Assembly (NCBI GenBank): GCA_038496445.1
Contig: JALMLS010000577.1
Span: forward strand, 620,001 to 684,000
DNA length: 64,000 bases
Source: Trichosphaerium sp. ATCC 40318
Lineage: Eukaryota > Protista > Tubulinea
Reading direction: 5' to 3'
Shown: positions 26,747-38,972 of the stretch, piece after piece
Layout of the letters: every line of letters starts with the position of its first letter
How positions within the stretch are numbered: the stretch's first letter is position 1
Position numbers and translations under genes: made by a program
The notes under the pieces: model-generated
Told to the model about the DNA's origin: nothing
Databases searched by the model: none
The model's input: only the letters and a program-made list of their open reading frames with translations

Positions 26747-27154
26747 AGATGGTGTGCTGTTTTTGTAGTTGTAGTATTTAAATAAATATGTTATTAATAA
26801 CTTTACAATGTCTGTTGTTGCATTACTATGATATTTTTAGGAAATAACTTTTCTCGTAGATATAAATATAAATAGGTGGGCGTTTACGGCTTGCCAGGAC
26901 TGGCTACAACACCTCGCACGAGTTTCGTATTTGTTGGCATTAACAGCTTAGTATAGCCTTAATTTAAACGTTCTTAGAAAGGGGTATGTGAGTTTCTTTA
27001 GATGGCAAAAGAAAGTACACATTTTTGAAGAATTTTCTTTGATTGAAATCTTTCAAAGGAATTTTCTTTCAAATTGTCTGTTCTACTAGTAGGTACTATA
27101 AAACTAGTTTACAAGAAAAAGAGTTCTTTATTTAATGGAGACTATCTAGCAAGA

Positions 27155-28254
27155 TTAACGTCTTGTACGGCGTCTTTTTTCTCGTTTAGACGATGAGACT
27201 TTAGATGACGAAGATCTTTTACGCTTCTTTCTACCCTTTTTAAGCACTTTAATATCCTCGGCATTGAGGTAGAACACCCCTAGCTTTTCAAGCAGCTTTA
27301 TACTTACTACATAAAAACAGTCAGAAAAAAACACCATTTTTTATTTTGTTTAGTACCGTCATGTAAGTCGTCTTCCTCAACTTCTAAGAGCGTCTTAAAT
27401 GTAGTGCTCAAGGGTCTAAGGCATAGTTTTTCTATAAACTTTTTGCCTTTGATCAACGCATTTTTAATCAACGGGAAACTTATCTTGCCGTTGTGGAATG
27501 CAGCATTACGTAAGTTCTTTGTTGCCGTAATAGCTTCTCTAGTAGTTGTACCAGTTACTATCTGATGTTGTAGAGAGCCTTCAAATATTCTCGGTACTAT
27601 TTCCTTAAGATATATTATATCTGCAGTTTCAAGCGTATGCTTGTAGTAGAAGGCTGTAGCATCTGCCTCACTTAGCCGCTTAAAAAGAACACGGGCATCC
27701 TTCTTCCACATGTTGATGTAGTTCTTTAAACAAAACTCCACCTCAGATACTATTTCATGGGCAATATCTACCTTCCACTTCTCGTTCTCCACTAAGAAGT
27801 ACATTAGACTTAATTGTGAGAACGCTTGTGGTACGTACCGTGATAAAGATCAGTGGGTTTGTGCTAGAATTTTGGGTTTTAGTTTTGTTCTTTTTTTTTG
27901 ACACGAATTGAAAAAGTACCTGGTCTTTTGTTTCGTCGAACGCCCTGTATGACATTCTGTAGTCCTAAAACTATGTAAGTAATCACGTTTTACTTATATT
28001 GTAGTTACGTTGAAGTGGCCCTGATAGTTCACTTGCTGGCGCCGAGCATCTTCACGCTCAGTAACAAATACATTATCCCCAAAGCTAGGAGTACTATCTT
28101 GGCGCGATGGGCAACTAGAACGTGCCATAGGAACACGTTTTCTCATTGGTTTAAGGCCACGTTTAATCGTTTTGAAGGGTTTAAGTTTGGTTGTATAAGT
28201 TGTACAGCACGTGTTAAGGAATGTGTGAGGAATTGCTGAAAGATGTGCACCCAT
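27155..28254 (-). CDS. MGAHLS family copy A: putative myristoylated Swt1-like HEPN-domain protein with basic C-terminal NLS (5 exons)
   Basis: Intact frame across 4 GT-AG introns; SEVEFCLKNYI, LETADI, R-x4-H motif RNAAFH at 27493-27510; tail KKGRKKRKR...KRRRTRR. Confidence 0.75.
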
Positions 28255-29156
28255 TTTCCTTTTTGAATATTTGTAAACTACCTACTCCCAGTTGAGTATC
28301 AACACATTTACAACTGTTTTTATTGTTTTTTATTTGTACTTTAATATTTGAGTAAGTGTGTTTGATTAAAAACTTTATTAACTTGCGTACAATATGTAAG
28401 AGTTACTTTTAAGAAGAAGAACAGCTAATTGAATTGTATTTTTTTTTGTGATTGATTTTTTTTTTCAAGCCTTTTTTGGCTTTCTCTTCAATGTGCTTCC
28501 TTGTCTTCATTGTTGGTAATGTATATATGAAAGTGAGTTCAAACGCTTTTAGGTGAAATCATGTTTTTATTTGTTACGATTTTGTTTCAATCGATTGACA
28601 AAAAGCAAATTTTATCACGTGATTAAACGTTCAAATCAAGGTACATGACTGCGCTGATTCTTAAACTGGAGAAAGTAGCTTCCTAAATATTCATGATCAA
28701 AGACAGCTTTCAAGTCTTTCCTTTAATTCTATTTCTCGTATAATCTCACTTTAATACAGTAAAGGTGAAAAAACAAAGCCTTTAAGAGCATACAACAATT
28801 CTATTTAAAACATAAATTAAAGGTGATCTTATCACTCCCAGAAACCCACAGCAACTTCCTTCAGAACCGTCTTAAAAATCTCAAACACTGGTAGGCATTG
28901 TACGTACGTTCCAGAATGTTTGTGAGCAGGAACAAGATATAAACACGTGATATTCTTGCAATTGGAATTGCACACAATTCAACACCGGTTTTGTAAATCT
29001 TGTATATAAATTCGACAAGTACGGATACAAGATTTATTTTTGATTGATTGATCAAAGAAAGTTTAGGTCGGTGAGAAAGGATACACAAAGAACAACTTTT
29101 TGTTTATTAGAACTATACTATCTACTATAAAATACAAAGTGCGCGGATTTCTAGTA

Positions 29157-30281
29157 TCAATCCTTTCTTGTTTTCAAGCGTTTTTTTGGGCGACCTGATG
29201 ATTCTGTTCTTTTACGCTTTTTCTCCTGCTTGCGTCGAAATTTTTCTAAGACTTTTTTCTCTTGATCGTTGAGTGCGAATAAACCCTTCTTTTCAAGTTC
29301 TCGTTTACTCACTAGCAGGTAAATAAGTTAAAAAAAAAGTGTTATTTTGTTATGTACCTTCAAAAAAATCTTCTTCCTTAGCGTTAAGTAGCTTCGTAAA
29401 ACGCTTGCTAGGTTTTCTACGAACAAGATTCATAAGTGCTGCGCCTTGTATTAACGCATTTTTAATTAGCGCAAACGTTATAACGCCGTTGTGACAAACC
29501 GCATTACGCAAGTTTTTAGTGGCGCTAATACAATTGATAACACCTCCCTTGACTACTCCCTCCAAATTGGTCCCTTTAAATAATCCTTTAATGACTCCAG
29601 GCAAGTGGCTGATATCAGCTGTTTCAAGGGTGTGCTTCTTTCCTTTCTCGTTGAGCTTGTGTATCTCCTTTTGAAACTCAGCACGAGCTTCTTGAATCCA
29701 TTTATGGACATAGTTTTTGGCGGTGTACTCCACCTCGGAAATTATGCTCCTAGCTATCTCGACGAGCCACACTGGGTTTTCGACTAAGCTAAGTTAATAC
29801 ACAAACGAAAACAACTGTAGAGGTGACGTACCCTGCCAAAGGTCTTTTTTGTTTAGCTAGAATTGTGGTTTTAGTTTTGTTTTGGTGATGACAGGTAAAA
29901 AAAAAAAAAGTACCGTAGGGTTCCTTTCTGCGTACTCTGTGTGAGTCATTGTACGTTCCTACAGATAAAAGTAAGTTATCACGTTTACAATTTTTAACTT
30001 ACATCGATATGACCTTTGTAATCCACTGGCTGGGCATTCTGGAGATCAAGGTTACGGCGGCGAGGAGCATCTTGTATTGTACTATCCCCAAAGCTAGGAG
30101 TAGAGCTTGGAGTAAAGGTACTATCTCGGCGCGATGGGCAACTACCACGTGCCATAGAAACACGTTTTCTCATTTGTTTAAGGCCACGTTTAATCGTTTT
30201 GGAGGGTTTAGGTTTGGCTGTATAAGTTGTACAGCACGTGTTAAGTAATGTGTGAGGAATTGCTGAAAGATGTGCACCCAT
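29157..30281 (-). CDS. MGAHLS family copy B: putative myristoylated Swt1-like HEPN-domain protein with basic C-terminal NLS (5 exons)
   Basis: Same intron positions and phases as copy A; SEVEYTAKNYV, LETADI, RNAVCH at 29491-29508; tail RRKQEKKRKR...RPKKRLK. Confidence 0.75.
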
Positions 30282-31550
30282 TTTCCTTTTTGAATATTTG
30301 TAAACTACCTACTCCCAGTTGAGTATTAACGCATTTAAAACTGTTTTTATTGTTTTTTAATTGTACTTTAATATTTAAGTGAGTTTGCTGGTTTAAAAAC
30401 TTTATTAACTTGCGTAGAATACGTAAGAGTTACTTTAAAGTAGAAGAAAGCTAATTGAATTGTGGGTTTTTTTTTGTGATTGATTTTATTTTTCAAACCT
30501 TTTATGGCTTTTGATGTGCTTCCTTGTTTTCTGTTTTATTGTCGGTAATGCGTAGTGTATGAACATAAAATTGAATTCAAACAAAGGCTTTGGGTGAAAT
30601 CATGTTTTTATTTTGTTTTGGTTTCGATTGATAAAAAAGCAATATTTATCACGTGCAATTACGCTTTAGTTCAAAGCCAAGATACTTTATTTTTCTCTTT
30701 CGTTGTTACTTTCAAACTCATGAAGGAACACTAGCTCTTTATGGTTGTATTAGACGTTAAAGTCTACCTCCGTAATGAAATAAAACCAACTTTTTATTAT
30801 GTAACGCCATCTATTGAGGCCATTGAAAAGTGACACCGTCGTGGTACTTATCTTTATTGCAAATATTGGTATCATAGAAGCGAGCCTCAGTTAAATACAC
30901 TGACGTGTTAAAAATACTGCAAGTTGTTTTGTAAACGCTAGTAGCCTACTCTTACGTTGTCGTTTTGGCGTATAGGCATGGTATTGCTGAGAAGCCAAAG
31001 AAACATCGAATCACACTCAACTCTCGCGAATCAAGACTATGTTACGAGACACAAACACCTCTATTGTCAATAGCACGTATGCATTTATCACGTATTCGTC
31101 TTTTATGGTGTCAACTAGCGTTTCAGCCATAGATAAGCGGACTGTAAAAACAACACTATCTTGTACTGGTATGATCTCAGTACTGAGTATCGAGGTGGCC
31201 GCAAGTATCGGACTTTTTTTAAAAAACAACATGTTTGGATGAAAACATCACGTGGTTTTTTATGTTTTGTCACGTTTTACGAAGGGTTTTATTTTTAGTG
31301 GACACAAGCACGATGAAAAACATAAAACCGCGGGTAAGTTTTCCCGATAACTGTGTACTAGCGCTAGAGTTTCATACGTCACTTTTCTGAACAGTTTTCG
31401 CATGTTCTTCAACTACAAAACAAGTTATATAACATAGACAAGTTGTGCTAAAAGCGCTAGAAGATGTTTTTCTGAGTTTTTCACTAGCGCTAGTTCACAC
31501 ACAAAAACTTGACCGTGTTTTAACATCAAAAAACATTAACCCAACACATA

Positions 31551-32523
31551 ATGCATCACTTCTCACTTCTACTATCCCTACTTGCTCTTGCTGTCCTTTG
31601 TTCCGTACGTATTCTTTACCTTTTACTGCAAAAAAAGACACTAAAGAAGTAACTATGTTAACTTGCGTTCTCAGGGACAATCTACCGATGCATGCGTCAG
31701 GAGCTGTATGGAAGACTTTTCTGATTGTACTGCTAGTCGAGTAAGATGTAGAACAATCCTCAGCAATTGTATCGCAGCTTGCAATGAAGAACCAACCGAC
31801 ATGCCAACTGATATGCCAACCGAAAATCCATTTGCAGTTTGCCTTGGGGAGTGCCGCGAGACTTTTAGAATGTGTTTAAGCTCTGCAACCACCGCTGCCG
31901 CCAGAAGACAATGTACATTAGAATACAGAGAGTGCCAAACTGACTGTCGTCCACAATCAACACCTCGACCAACTGAAGAACCATCTTGCCGAAGAATGTG
32001 TATGCAAGAGTTCAGGGAGTGTAACGAAAACGGAGATGCCCAAGAATGTCGCGAAGCTCTAAGAATGTGCCTGACCGATATGTGCGATATTGATCTTCCA
32101 ACACCTCGCCCTACAAATGCCCCAACCTGCCGACAAATGTGCGTTGCTTCTTTCAGAGAATGCAGAGAGAACGGAGGAAATGTTCAAGAGTGTCGTGCTG
32201 CTTTGAGAGAATGTCTTTCCGAAGAGTGTGATCAAGGAGATGCATCACTTGTCGAAGACAGACCATCACGTAATCCTTGTGTCAACGAATGTAGTGAGGA
32301 CTTTAGAGATTGTATCGAGTTAGATGATGTCCCAGCTTCTGAATGTAGAGAAGAAAGAAGGATGTGCAGCGCCAGTTGCTTTGATAGACCTACTGGAACA
32401 CCTCGTCCAACTGAAGAGCCATCTTGCAGGAGACTATGCTTTCAAGAGTTCAGGGAGTGTCAAGCTGCTGGTAATCAACGTTCATGCGGTCAAGTTTTGA
32501 GAGCTTGTATTGAAGAATGTTAA
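31551..32523 (+). CDS. Secreted Cys-rich repeat protein (6 x CX3CX6C...CX6CX3-4C modules with Pro/Thr linkers)
   Basis: Signal exon MHHFSLLLSLLALAVLCS, one intron, then six 6-Cys modules separated by linkers such as PTDMPT and PRPTEEP. Confidence 0.85.
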
Positions 32524-32797
32524 CTTCTTGAAATAAACTTACCTTTAGATCCAAAACAATCGTTCACTTTTTTTAAAGATCTGTAATGGTGGCTACGTAT
32601 TAATTAACTCGTGATGCATATTTTGCCAGCTTAGGTTTCTGAGCATCACAATTGTTTCAATTTACGTAGTACAGTAAGTGTTTGGACGCACGTGCTGTAG
32701 TTATAGTCACGTTACTTGAAGTTGATAGTAGTAGGAAAATAAAAAAGGGAACTTACAACAGTATTTTACTAAAGTACAGGTGTTATTTAGTGTAAAT

Positions 32798-33950
32798 TCA
32801 CAGATGTGCTGCAAACACGACAGCGTGTAGAAGTATAACGAAATCGTTAGAACACAAAGGAATTATTTGATTTTTTTTAGGGTCATTGTCAGGCAAATGA
32901 GTCCATATCCAAGTTATCAAGGGTGTTGATCTAACGAAAGTGGTTGCTTCAGCGATTGTTGTTGCCCATACATCTCTCTCTTTCTCCCTTATTTCAAACG
33001 CCCAATTGCGTTTAACTCGACGTCTATCTTGTACATGAGCCCATCTAGCAGCTTTGATGAGCACTTACAATAAAAGGGCAAAGTTGTTATGAAAGAAAAA
33101 ACTTTCTAGCGATTTAAGAAAAGTTACACGTCACCTCTTAATTGCCTTGTGTGCGCTGTATATTGTCTTTGCATTCGTTCCTTTCTCTGCTGTAAAAACG
33201 CTTATTGCAAGAAAGAAGACATAATGGTTCCTAATAAAGAGCTCTTACTAAATTTATGCGAGGATCACGTGAAATAAAACTCTTACTCTACAACAAACAC
33301 AAAGTCTTCTATTTCTCTTACACCAGTACCAATAACTGTAGCCAGAGCCAAAGCCCTCAATATAGGTTTTTTGTTTTTCCCGAACCAATAACTAAACATG
33401 TAATGGTATGACAGTAAGAACATTGTCAAATAGCGCTTAGAAAAAAAAACCAGTAAGCAAAAAAAGATCGATATAGATTATGACGTACACTGCTCCAAAC
33501 GAGTTTGTCTTGAGCATGCCCTCCTATGTCCGGTGTTATAGTTCCGTTTTGTTCGTGTAGAGTCCATGTATAGGTATACCGTTGATGAGCCATAGTAGTT
33601 AGCTCAGGACGTGTTGTTTCACGGATATTTGTGTTGTTTGAGTGGTCAGTTCACATAGAACACCTATTTCGTGCAGTTACAGTTTCCGTATGTATTATCA
33701 GCCGACTGAACCTAGAACGTCTTGAAAGCTTTTTAGCACCGCTAGAATAAAAACCGTTCGTGTGATTAAAATGAAAACAATAGTCCATTTCAAGGCAACG
33801 GAAATCCTTTTTCGCATGGTTAGTGGTATATAGAGCTGTAACGAACGGGAACTACCTGTGTATCTGCCGTGATATGTGCATCGAGAACAAAGAAAATTAA
33901 CGTACAGCCATATAAAACCTCACAGGGGCTTTAAACGTGCACGTTTCTCT
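32798..33950 (-). CDS. Hypothetical multi-exon protein (structure uncertain)
   Basis: Exon-like blocks with GT-AG boundaries ending ...FVILLHAVVFAAHL*. The 5' exons were not resolved. Confidence 0.3.
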
Positions 33951-34762
33951 TTTATGGCGAAGCTAATCTTGTGGAGTTTTGAGAAAAAACTTTTTAGTTT
34001 TTGACTACCGCCGTTTAGCTTTAATTCACGTGTTGCCAAAAGGTTTGATTTTAAGCTTAACATAACTATCATGCAATCAGCAATGAAAAAAGCGTTACTT
34101 CGGACAAGATTACGGTTTTTTTAGGAAGTTAACGGAGAAGGATGTGTTGATGTTTATAGCTTGCAGTATTGTATTCTAACGGCACTCGTAAATATAGATA
34201 TTGTGTTGTAAGACAACCCCGTAGTTCCTTTTAAAAAATCTTGCTCTCGGTTGTTTGTATCTTGTTGTCATGTCCCACAATACTTGTAAACTTCACTTTG
34301 TTTCAGGGAACCTATGAGCTGTTTTTTCGAGCACTAGTTAAACTACTGACACGGTTTTATGGGCTCGTTAAACCCAAACGTACGCGTGTGGACCCGAAAA
34401 TACTTCAGTAAATGTTCAGAAATATGTGAAGGAAAAAGTCCACAGAAAGAGCCCATATGTGCAGGAACAGTAGTACTGTACCAAATCAACAATATCTTCG
34501 GACGATAAAGTGTGCTTGTAGAAGAATAAGCAAAAACACACTTACAATTAATCTTGAACTTCTTGGTATTTACAGTTAGGCTTATGTACAAGCTAACTTA
34601 CATCTTGGTTGATTTCACACGCCGGCGCCGGTTTTAGTATTTTTGCCGGAGTTATTCACTAGCGTGTCCGAATGTTAACCATGGTTTCTAAACGTGTTAA
34701 TACATTCTGGCGATGGGTGAAGAGTGACAAGGGTTGTGTACCTGTCAATGTGAAAAAAAAAA

Positions 34763-36264
34763 CTAGTCCTGGTGTAACGACGACAAAAACTTATTTAGGT
34801 CATTATCAAGAATGTCTGGCATAAGCTCTTGTACGCGTTTATGCATACATGCATATACATCAGGTCTTTCTCTCATTCTAGATCGGTAAACACTTTCAGG
34901 ATCATCAACTGATTTTGCGTTCTGAGCGAGAAGCTAAAAAGATTTAGTACTTCTTGTGGGCACGTGTGTTGCTTATTTTTTGTCCAACGTACTGTAAATG
35001 CCAGACTTGCGAATCTCTTTAACGCGAAATTAATCAACCAAGTCGGTATATAATCCAGTTTAGGGTCTGCATTTGCAATTATTGATACCCTTGTTCTATT
35101 AGGACCCAGGGGAGTCAACAGAAAGCCTCCGATCTTGAGGTCCACTCTAACACGTCCTTCTTGTACTTTAGGTATTGTATCATCATTAATAGCGCCAGGA
35201 GGTAGAACTACGAGCGTACAAGTTAAATCAAGCGGAAATAAGAGAAAAAACGTTTGATCGATATTTTTTTACTTTTTCTTTATTGTATCTAAAATACGCA
35301 CACGGCGATTGAGGTGAATCTATTGACTTGACAACACACAACAATTTGCCATCAACGTTAACCATATCCACTCCAAAACCGCATACTAAAATTGTTAGTA
35401 TCAATAAAATGACCGATAAGGATAAAGCACGTGACGTACCTACTAGATCACGTGGTGCAAAAGGCCAGGGAAAATTGACAACTAACTGAGCGACTTTTTT
35501 AAAAAGGGGTATATGTTCGAGTTCTTGAGCGTCCTAGTACTGGTCAGAGAGTCAAAAACCGATAAACCGTTAAGTTTTAATACAATTTTAGTTTTTCTTC
35601 AAGAAAACTTTTCGCTTTGATATTGAACGTACTGTCAATCCTACACCGGCTATACATGGTACCCAATTAGAATACATATCTACCTCCATGAGCAAAGAAA
35701 GAACATTAAACATGTTTGAATCCATGACGCCTAACACAGCGGGTAAACAATAAACTGTAAAGTTCCGTTGAAAAAAAAAGGGTGTGCTGTCGTTACATAC
35801 CATCACAACGTATAGTAATCAAAGGAGAACCTTTATCTTGCTTATACATTGTATGTAGCTCATTCTCAGCAATTTTAAATACACCATGCCATTCTTCGTT
35901 ACTCTCAAACTCAGAAAGCACCTTATGAACACCATTTGCTTCTGCTTCCGCGTGTTTAAGTCTTTTGTTCACCTTAGCTTGACTTTCAGCGTATTTATCG
36001 AAGTTCTCGTTTAAATCTACTCAAAATAAGCTAATAACTCCTTTTTACGCCTAAAGAACCTTTTTGTTGGTCTATAGCCTCTTTTACTAAAGTAGCAAGC
36101 GATTGTAGTAAAGCATACGCCTAAAAAAGGTTAATACGCTATGTATAACACTTCCACACCTCCAATACTCTTCCTTCAGTAACTAACTGATCACTTCGCT
36201 TTATTTCATTTTCAATGACGTCAGCTGGTACGATTTTACGCTCCCCTGCTTGTATAGGCTCCAT
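34763..36264 (-). CDS. START/SRPBCC lipid-binding domain protein
   Basis: LMEVDMYSNWVP, NFPWPFAPRDL, GGFLLTPLGPNRTRVSIIANADPKLDYIPTWLINF. Confidence 0.85.
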
Positions 36265-36599
36265 GAGGACCAGTCGTATTTACAGCTACGAGCGATGAAC
36301 AAAACCAGCACAAGGGAGAAATCTGTAAATGTTGCGAGTTTTCAAAATCTTGTTCACCAGTTAGGCGCAACTGTTACTCCGCCAATTGTTATCTGCTTGA
36401 ACACCATCATCTTATAGAAGCACCAAAAGCGCGACTAGTCTTAAAACACTCACGAGAACTTGAGCCTCGTTTGTTCGAAAAAACAACAATCACGTGCGTC
36501 AACAAAAAAAAAGCAACATGGCGAACTTGCAGGTATTTTTTAATAAGTTTCAAAGTTTACAAATCATGTATATTATGTATTTTTTTTTGTTCTAACAAC

Positions 36600-38932
36600 T
36601 CACTGTTGTTGCAACACAGGCGGACCTTTGTTTGGATTTTCACGGTCCCTAAAGTAAAGTGTTGTACCTTCTGAACGTGCAGGAGATTTCGGACGCAATT
36701 TTTCTATTTCTACAACAAATACATGTAAGCAAGTAAAAAAAATGTATTTGCAAAAAGATGTTTTAGCGCCTTCTCGTACCTGGAGTAGTACCAACAAGAT
36801 TACCATACTGGCCTTCAAAATATGATAGATAAGATTCTTTATTCCAATTTGAGCTCGTCAATTTATTACCCAGTGTTACCCATCCAGGTCTAACATTGTG
36901 ATCCTAAAAAAAATCAACATCAATAAAGCTATGTCCTGGCTTTTTTGTCGTTATAGTCTTCACTTGACTTACCTCTCCGAATAATTCTAGTCTTCTTCTA
37001 CCGGCACAAAACCTTTGTATAACGTGATATATTTCTTCAGGCTTCTCAAGGCTTGTAGGATCATCTGGTTCTTCAGCAATAATAACATCAGTATCAACAT
37101 TTGCATTGATAATATGGCCATCTTGATTTCTCTTTACTACACATACGATTGAATACATTGAGACTATGAATATTCCTATTAAGAGAATGCGTACCTGTTC
37201 CTTTTATACCCATAAGACAATGCTCTTTTACTCTAATAAATACAGAAGAATCAGGTTGTGTTTCAAGCAATAAGTTCTTTTTTGTTTTTTTGTTCGTTTT
37301 AACCCAACAAATATCCTCTGAGCGCCTATATCCCCACCTACGTAATAAATGTCTTCCCAAGTCTAATCCCTCATCTGAACCACACCAGATGAAAATAAAA
37401 GAAGGTGTATCCATGACAGAACTGATATTTAAAGAGCACATATCATCAAAAGACCAAAAAGGCTTTTCTTCATTTACATTGCCACCAAAATGCTTTGCAC
37501 GTGTATAATACCTTAAAATAATAATTACCTTAAAAAACCAACTTTGAAAGGAAAAAGTGTGCAACCGTCATCGTGAGCGTTGAAACAAGAAAAACTTTAC
37601 GGCTGACTTAAGTTCAAACACGACTTAATTTACATTTACGTACTCTTCCCAAGGAGGATCAATATGACAAACATCAAACTTTACGCCAAGTGTTGTTATA
37701 TCAAAATTTAGAAGATCTACTTTCTTATAGAAAGGCGGTGGATTTCGGACTTTAATCAAATCATCTTTCAACTGTAACAATTTCTTTAATTTTGGATACC
37801 TACAAAAAAAAAAGAACGCTTTAGTTCGTTGTCAATGTCACCCAAGAAAACAAAAAGGCGATGGATTATGCCTTTTGGATAGTTGTAGGTTTTGTAGGAT
37901 TAATTTATGGCATAAAATGACAGCGTACTCCTGAAAACGGTCAGCCATGTCTGAATCTCTAATATAATTTTGTGGTCTCAAAGAAGTATCAACGAAACGT
38001 TGACTATAGTCATTCTTTATAGCCGATTCAGAACGTCCTTTCTTTTGAGCACGTCTCTTGGTAGGTCTATAAACAATATAGATAAGCACAACTGATCCAC
38101 ACAAACGACAGCACAAACAAGAAAAAAACGTGATTCCAAAAAATCAAAAAATAGTTACGTGTTCCTATCATCTCTGAAGTACTGACTTCTGTTTGTCCTT
38201 GTGTTCACAGAAGAACGTGATCCTGAACCGCGATGAATCCTCCCAGAGCCTCTATTATTCCATGTACCTCGTCCTCTGAACCTAGAGGTACGCTGGGCTG
38301 AAGAATAATGAGCACAAATAGCGCAAAACTACATGTCAGCCAAAAAACGTTTAATTTGATTTTTTAGCGACCACTGATCACTTACGCCTGTTTTGCAAGT
38401 TCCATGAGTTACCTTGCCTATAATTGCTCCGTCTGTTGTATTCCTGACGCGGTGGTTCAATGCGTTTTTGCACTGGCGCGTAATTGGTTCTTGTATAAGT
38501 GCGGTTGTTATTATATGTATTGTAGCGAGGTTCGAAAGAGTTGAACTGTCGTCGGTTGTCGAATTCGTCTTGCTGAGCCAATAAATAAGTACCAAGCACC
38601 ACTGACGCGCACACAACGTGTGGTTAAAAGAAAAAAAGCGTTATGTACCCTGAAGTACGGACGGCGTCTCTGTTCACCGTAAAATGATTCAGGCTGTCTA
38701 TAAGGGTGAAATCTTTGACTAGCAGCTCATTAAAACTAAATTACAGACTTTGATGTTACACTAACGTTCTTTGCTCAGGTCTTTCTCTGTAACGCGTATA
38801 ACGCTCGTCTTTATGGTTTTCAGGGTATCCTCCCTTTAATTTCGTTTAAAATGACTAACCTAAATATCTATGTACCTTTACAGGCCTAGGTCTTGGCCTG
38901 TAATCTCTGCGATACCTATCTGACCCCCGCAT
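36600..38932 (-). CDS. METTL14: m6A methyltransferase complex subunit METTL14/MTB (MT-A70 family)
   Basis: [98 protein letters not shown]. Confidence 0.93.
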
Positions 38933-38972
38933 CAACGTAAAACAGATCCAGGGCTAAGTTAACACTAGTTGC

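Noticed and set aside
29949-30248. Antisense ORFs over exon 1 of all three MGAHLS copies (possible overlapping antidote)
   Set aside because: Starts and stops differ between copies, and shared openness is expected from near-identical DNA. There is no independent evidence of coding.
34050-34745. Locally GC-richer stretch as a possible ncRNA or gene
   Set aside because: No tRNA, snRNA or snoRNA hallmarks recognised, and the exon-like pieces contain stops.
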